This document shows, piece by piece, positions 59,165-64,000 of a DNA stretch of 64,000 nucleotides. Position numbers and translations under genes: made by a program. Under the pieces are notes generated by a model. The model ran no database searches and was not told the origin of the DNA. It saw only the letters and a list, made by a program, of their open reading frames with translations. This DNA comes from a bacterium. Its GTDB lineage: Bacteria > UBA8248. Position 1 is the stretch's first letter, and every line of letters begins with the position of its first letter. The DNA lies in contig OY843592.1 of NCBI GenBank assembly GCA_963692865.2, positions 3,776,001-3,840,000 on the forward strand. The letters are read 5' to 3'.

Positions 59165-59455
59165 ATCACTCCCCCCTTGAGGGTCTGGCTTTCCGAGGGG
59201 AAAGCCAGACGAGGAAGCCGAACCGACAGGTGAAGGCTGACTCGGTGGGGGGACATGCCACTGAAAAAGCTATCCCTCTCGCATCAACCACGTTTTACCT
59301 GTAGGTCGGACATATATGTCCGACATATTATGCGACCCGGCCTTTTTTCGCTTCTCCGGCAGCGGGCCGCATAATATGCGGCCCCTACACACCTCCGGCA
59401 AGGTGGTATCCCGTCGCCCCCATACCGGCATTCCAGGCTTTTTCAACAGCCCCCC
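59165..59455. repeat. REP/MITE mosaic
   Basis: ACTCCCCCCTTGAGGG, ATCCCTCTCGCATCAACCACGTTTTACC, REP palindromes, TTTTTCAACAGCCC. Confidence 0.88.
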
Positions 59456-59467
59456 GGCGATCAGGCC

Positions 59468-59968
59468 TTACGTCAGCGTCTGCTTGAGGTAGGGCACGAG
59501 GCCGCCCGCCTTCACCATGTCCATGATGTGATCGGGCAGGGGTTCGGCTTGCAAGGTCTGGCCCTTCGTGAGGTTCTCGACCCTCCCCGCGATCGGGTCG
59601 ACGCGAACGCGGTCGCCCTGCGCTATCGATTCCGCGTCGGCGCAGATGAGCACGGGCAGGCCGATGCAGAGCGAATTCCTGAAAAAATTCCGCGCGAACG
59701 TCCGCGCGATAACGGCGCCCACGCCCGCGCGCTTGATGCCGCGCGGCGCCGTCTCGCGGCTCGAGCCGCAGCCGAAGTTCCGCCCGCCGACGATAACGTC
59801 GCCCGCACGCACGTTCCGGGAGAAATCGGGGTCGACCCCCTCCATGGCGTGCGCGGCCAGTTCCTCATCGGGCAGGCTCGCGTATTTCGACGGCATGATG
59901 TAGCCCGTATCGACGTTGTCGCCGAACACCCAGGCGCCGCCCTCGATGGTTTGCGTCTCGCCCCTCAT
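59468..59968 (-). CDS. 3-isopropylmalate dehydratase/homoaconitase-family small subunit (LeuD/HacB-like)
   Basis: FGDNVDT..I.P, GGRNFGCGSSRE.A, FARNFFRN, AGGLV. Confidence 0.9.
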   Translation of the reverse strand: MRGETQTIEGGAWVFGDNVDTGYIMPSKYASLPDEELAAHAMEGVDPDFSRNVRAGDVIVGGRNFGCGSSRETAPRGIKRAGVGAVIARTFARNFFRNSLCIGLPVLICADAESIAQGDRVRVDPIAGRVENLTKGQTLQAEPLPDHIMDMVKAGGLVPYLKQTLT

Positions 59969-61230
59969 GAGATGAACTCCCTCGGGTCGGCCACGCGGCC
60001 CTTGATTGCGCTCGCCGCCACCGTGGCGGCCGAAGCCAGGTATATCGACGCCTCCGCGCTTCCCATGCGTCCCTTGTAGTTGCGGTTGGCCGAGGAGATG
60101 CACACCTCCCCGTCCCCGAGTTGCCCCGGCCCCCTGCCCGCGCATACCCCGCACGTGGTGGGCAGGAGCACGCCGCCCGCGTCGATGAGCGCGCCGAGCG
60201 CCCCGTCGTCCATGGCCTTGCGCATGATGTCCTTGCTCGCGGGCGCGATGAGAAGCTGCACCCCGTGGGCGACCCGCCTGTCCTTCAAGACCGCGGCCGC
60301 CGCCTGCAGGTCGAGGAGTTTCGCCCCCGTGCACGAGCCGATGTGCGCGCGCTGCAGGGGAGGCGAGTCCACCTCCTCCACCGGGTAGACGTTGTCCATC
60401 CTGTGGGGACACGCCACCTGGGGCGAGAGCTCCGATACGTCGTATTCATACGAGGCGGCGTAGGCGGCGTCCGCGTCCGAGGATACGGCCTCCCAGCCCT
60501 CTTCCACCCCTGCGTTTTCGAGATATTCCGCCGTCGCCTCGTCCACGTCGATGATGGCGCTCTTCGCGCTGAACTCCGCCGCCATGTTGGAGAGCGTCAT
60601 GCGGTCCTCGACGGGCAGCGCCATGAGCGCCTCGCCCTCGAACTGGAGCACCTTGTATTCCGCCCCGTCGACTTTCAAATCCTTGAGCGCGAGCAGCGCC
60701 ATGTCCTTGCCGTATATCCCTGCCGGGACACGGCCCTTGAACTGGACCCGTATCGTCTCGGGCACGCGGAGCCATACCTCTCCCTTGGCGAGCACGCCGA
60801 TGCTCTCCGTCGGGCCGATGGCCACGCCCAGCGCGCCCAGCGCCCCGGTGTTGGTGGTGTGGCTGTCGGTGCCGGTGACGAGAACGCCCGGGCGCACGAA
60901 GCCCTTCTCCGCCATGAGGATGTGGCAGATGCCCTCGGCGTCGTAGAAATGGGAGAGTTCCTGCTCGGCCGCCCAGGCTCTGGTGACGTTCAGCACCCTG
61001 GATTGCGAATCCCCGGTGGGCGGGTTGTGGTGGTCCGCTGTGAGCATGAAGCGATCCTTGTTCCAGATGGGAAGGCCCAGTTCGGCGAAGTCCTTCCCCA
61101 TGCGGAATGGTCCCTGGTTGTCGTGCATGACGTGGGCGTCGACCTTCGCCCATACGATGTCGCCCACGTCCACGCGCTCGCGCCCGCTGGCGCGGGCCAG
61201 GATTTTCTGTGTGGCGGTATCCCCGGACAA
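59965..61230 (-). CDS. 3-isopropylmalate dehydratase/homoaconitase-family large subunit (LeuC/HacA-like)
   Basis: HD, DH, GICH, GTDSHT, SNM..E, IGSCTG, TCGVC, SSANRNYKGRMG; TTG start. Confidence 0.9.
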   Translation of the reverse strand: MSGDTATQKILARASGRERVDVGDIVWAKVDAHVMHDNQGPFRMGKDFAELGLPIWNKDRFMLTADHHNPPTGDSQSRVLNVTRAWAAEQELSHFYDAEGICHILMAEKGFVRPGVLVTGTDSHTTNTGALGALGVAIGPTESIGVLAKGEVWLRVPETIRVQFKGRVPAGIYGKDMALLALKDLKVDGAEYKVLQFEGEALMALPVEDRMTLSNMAAEFSAKSAIIDVDEATAEYLENAGVEEGWEAVSSDADAAYAASYEYDVSELSPQVACPHRMDNVYPVEEVDSPPLQRAHIGSCTGAKLLDLQAAAAVLKDRRVAHGVQLLIAPASKDIMRKAMDDGALGALIDAGGVLLPTTCGVCAGRGPGQLGDGEVCISSANRNYKGRMGSAEASIYLASAATVAASAIKGRVADPREFIS

Positions 61231-61336
61231 GAAGTTCTCCTTCGATATATGGGGGTGCGCAAACCCAAGAGTCTTGTATACTCGCCTTGTCGCACACTAT
61301 CGAACGCGAAGCAAGACTTGAGACCTCGGAGGCGAA

Positions 61337-61942
61337 ATGGCCAGGGACAAGGAAATCGGCCGCAAGGCGTTCTTCACCGAAGGCCCTCTCTCCTTCATGC
61401 GCGCCTTCATGCAGGGGGTGCACCAGGGGGAGACGAGAATCCACCGCTCGGACCTGGAAGGCCCTCTCCTGCGCCCGCCGGGCGCCGCGCCGGAAGCCGA
61501 TTTTCTCGACCTCTGCACGGGCAGCGCGCAATGCGCGCTCGCGTGCCCGGCGGACGCCATCCTCATGCTCCCGCGCGAGGACGGCTCGGGCCTGGAAGCG
61601 CCCCGCATCATCCCGGCGGACGGGGCCTGCGTGGTGTGCGACGACCTCTCCTGCATGAAGGTCTGCCCCACGGGCGCGCTCACCCTCGCGCCCCGCGAGG
61701 AGATTCGCATGGGCCTGGCCGAGGTGAACGCGGAGACGTGCTACGCCTGGAACGGGTCGGATGCGGAGTGCAACTACTGCGCCACGCGCTGCCCCATCGG
61801 GGAGAGCGCGATACGGATCGAGGAGCGCGAGGACGCGAAAGGCCCCGTCATCGGCGAGACCTGCGTGGGCTGCGGCGCCTGCGAGCAGCACTGCCCCGAA
61901 TACCCGGGCGCGGTGCGCGTGTTCCCCATCGAATCCACCTAG
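61337..61942 (+). CDS. Multi-4Fe-4S ferredoxin-type protein (NapG/MauM-like)
   Basis: LRPPGA, C..C...CP, CVVCDDLSCMKVCPTGAL, CNYCATRCP, CVGCGACEQHCP. Confidence 0.85.
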   Translation: MARDKEIGRKAFFTEGPLSFMRAFMQGVHQGETRIHRSDLEGPLLRPPGAAPEADFLDLCTGSAQCALACPADAILMLPREDGSGLEAPRIIPADGACVVCDDLSCMKVCPTGALTLAPREEIRMGLAEVNAETCYAWNGSDAECNYCATRCPIGESAIRIEEREDAKGPVIGETCVGCGACEQHCPEYPGAVRVFPIEST

Positions 61943-61973
61943 AACAGAAAAAACCGGGATCACTTGCATCCCG

Positions 61974-62260
61974 GGGCTGTGGAAAAAGCCCCGATCCCGA
62001 GATTCGGCGTATGTAACCGATCGGGCAGGGAGGAAAACCACTCCCCCCTTGAGGGGCTGTTGAAAAACCCCTAGCGGATCGGGCCGATTCAATTCCCCCT
62101 TGGTCGGGATGTCAATATGTGTGTAGGGGTCGCATATATGCGACCCGCATTGTGAAGGCGAAAAGGCAGGGCCGCATGTATGCGGCCCCTACAACAGGAG
62201 CGGTAATTAAGCCGGAATGACGGCGTACCCACCCTCTTCGGGCTTCTTCAACAACCCCAT
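61974..62260. repeat. REP/MITE mosaic
   Basis: GGGGCTGTTGAAAAA, GTAGGGGTCGCATATATGCGACCC, TTGTGAAGGCGAAAAGGCA spacer, GCCGGAATGACGGC. Confidence 0.85.
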
Positions 62261-62293
62261 CATTGGCGCAAAATGCGGCTCAAGCCGCGCGGA

Positions 62294-62857
62294 TCAGGAG
62301 AATTCCTCTTTCAGGATTTCATGGATGAACCGCTGGACGGCCAGGGGGTAGAACCGGATGTCCGGCGTGCGGACCACGGCGGTGTCGGTGGTCTCCAGAC
62401 GCGCGAGTTCGTTCAGCACCTTTTCCACCAGAACCTCCGGGCTCCACTCGTGGTGGGTGATCTTCAGGTGCTCGTTCTCGATGTTGAAATTGCCCGCCGC
62501 CACGGCGGGGAACGCGAAGACGCGGCCGATGAGGTCGGAATCCATCATCTCGGAATCCTTGAAAATCTCGCCGAACGTCTTCTGCGCCTGGGCGGGCGTC
62601 CACACCAGCTTGGGAGAGACCAGCAACTTGCCGGAAATCTGGACCGAACCCGCCTGCTCTTCCACCTCCGGCCCCAGCACCCGGTAGCCGAGTTCATGAT
62701 AGCCCGACACGATGCCCACGTACGGACGCTGGATGATGCGGATCTCCTCGCTCACCTGCCTGTGAAAATCGCGCTGAAAATCGTCGTCGAACATCGAAAC
62801 GTCTCCGTCATGACCGAAAACCAAAAAACGCAAGCAGACGTTGATACCAAATGCCAT
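62294..62857 (-). CDS. Hypothetical protein
   Basis: 187-aa ORF with protein-like composition downstream of hemG; start may be a later ATG (MFDDDF). Confidence 0.6.
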   Translation of the reverse strand: MAFGINVCLRFLVFGHDGDVSMFDDDFQRDFHRQVSEEIRIIQRPYVGIVSGYHELGYRVLGPEVEEQAGSVQISGKLLVSPKLVWTPAQAQKTFGEIFKDSEMMDSDLIGRVFAFPAVAAGNFNIENEHLKITHHEWSPEVLVEKVLNELARLETTDTAVVRTPDIRFYPLAVQRFIHEILKEEFS

Positions 62858-62918
62858 TGCGCCAGGTCAAACAAAGCGAGACCACGGACGCGCCTCTTCT
62901 CTATTCTCTTCTTTTTCC

Positions 62919-64000
62919 TCAGGAATTGACAGCCCGCAAATCTCCCAGAATCTTTTCCGCCGCCTCGTTCGCCGATTTCACGCAATCGGGAATCCCTACG
63001 CCGCGGTAGGCGTTGCCGGCGAGAGCAAGGCCCGGCGTTGCGCTCTGTTCGCTCTCGATCCTTCGCACCTTCTCCAGGTGGCCCACCAGATAATGCGGCA
63101 GGGATTCCTCATAGCGGTAAAAGACTTTTCCTTCGGGCTCTCCGGCGACCCCCAGAATGGGCCGAAGTTCCTCGATCAGCTTACGAACCAGTTCTTCATC
63201 CGTTAGCCCCGCCCGGGAGGCGGCCTCGCCCCCGGCGAAGGCGCGGATGAGCGCCTTTCCCTCGGGCGTTCTTCCGGCGAACTTCGTGCTCGAAAAAGAA
63301 CACGCCAGAAGCGTCTTGTTCTCTGCCGCAGGCACGACGAAACCCATCGCGTGGAGCGGATGCGCCACCTGTTCGGCCCGGTAGACGAGGTTGAGCGTCG
63401 CCAATGAACCGCTCGGGATGCTCATCAACTCTCCCGAGATGCCGGGCGCAGTCTTTTCCAGCATCCGCGCCGCCACGCGAGGCGGCAGGGCGACGCAAAC
63501 CGCGTCTGTGTCCATCACCTCCCCGTCCTCAAGACGAACGCGCCAGCCTCCTTCGTTTCTGTCGAGTGATTCCGCCCGGCATCCCGTCCGGACCATAGCG
63601 CCTGAAATCTTCTCCGCCAGCGCGTCCGCCAGAACGCCCATTCCGCGCGCGAAACTCACGAACAGGCCGTACCTCGGCCCGCTCGCCGAGACGCCCTCGC
63701 CCGAACCTCGCCTCTGCATCCGCTTCCTGAGTCCCAGGATGAGGCTTCTGTGTTCGCGCTCTATCTCGTGGAACTGCGGCATGGTGGCCTGAAGGCTCAG
63801 TTCTTCGGGATCGGCCGAATAGATGCCCGCCACCATGGGCTGCGCCATCCGCTCCAGCGCCTCGCGCCCGAACCGCCTGCGCACGAAATCGGCGAGGGAC
63901 TCATCCGCATCGCCCTTCTTCCGGGGCAGGAGAACGTCCATCGCCATACGGAGCTTGCCGAGCGGGCTGAAAATCGGCGTCGTCATGAACGGGCCGATTC
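62919..64000 (-). CDS. hemG: Protoporphyrinogen/coproporphyrinogen oxidase (HemY-type), 5' end outside window
   Basis: DESLADFVRRRFG, GIYSADP..LS, GF.VP, SSTKF..R.P, P.Y.VGH, AGNAY.GVGIPDCV. Confidence 0.92.
   Translation of the reverse strand, partial: IGPFMTTPIFSPLGKLRMAMDVLLPRKKGDADESLADFVRRRFGREALERMAQPMVAGIYSADPEELSLQATMPQFHEIEREHRSLILGLRKRMQRRGSGEGVSASGPRYGLFVSFARGMGVLADALAEKISGAMVRTGCRAESLDRNEGGWRVRLEDGEVMDTDAVCVALPPRVAARMLEKTAPGISGELMSIPSGSLATLNLVYRAEQVAHPLHAMGFVVPAAENKTLLACSFSSTKFAGRTPEGKALIRAFAGGEAASRAGLTDEELVRKLIEELRPILGVAGEPEGKVFYRYEESLPHYLVGHLEKVRRIESEQSATPGLALAGNAYRGVGIPDCVKSANEAAEKILGDLRAVNS

Overview
This is a high-GC bacterial chromosome segment. The serA-hisZ-purA order, DUF1302/DUF1329 cluster and repeat-rich intergenic spaces suggest a Nitrospinota/Tectomicrobia/Desulfobacterota-like organism, which is inference only. 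Housekeeping and metabolic genes include tatB/tatC, purA, hisZ, serA, thiC with a TPP riboswitch, hemG, an ABC sugar-type transporter, two LLM monooxygenases and a leuCD-like hydratase. They are separated by about 12 mosaic intergenic repeat clusters built from GTAG-type REP palindromes and TGTTGAAAAA-ended MITE-like units. The most striking structure is a pair of divergent outer-membrane beta-barrel paralogs (14592-15821 minus; 37114-38331 plus). They share a near-identical ~360 bp inverted repeat covering leader, signal peptide and first strand. Its inner boundary falls at a -10 box, and only the left copy has a TTGACA -35. The 20.8 kb between them carries two tandem tyrosine recombinases, so this is a candidate promoter-inversion (phase/antigenic variation) switch. 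Also present are a complete IS66 element (26-bp TIRs, 8-bp TSD) carrying a DUF4338/DruA-like passenger gene, a NYN nuclease with a structured leader, small variable coiled-coil membrane proteins behind a duplicated promoter, and a cassette flanked by duplicated porin 3' ends. All product calls come from motif recognition by eye; no database search was run.
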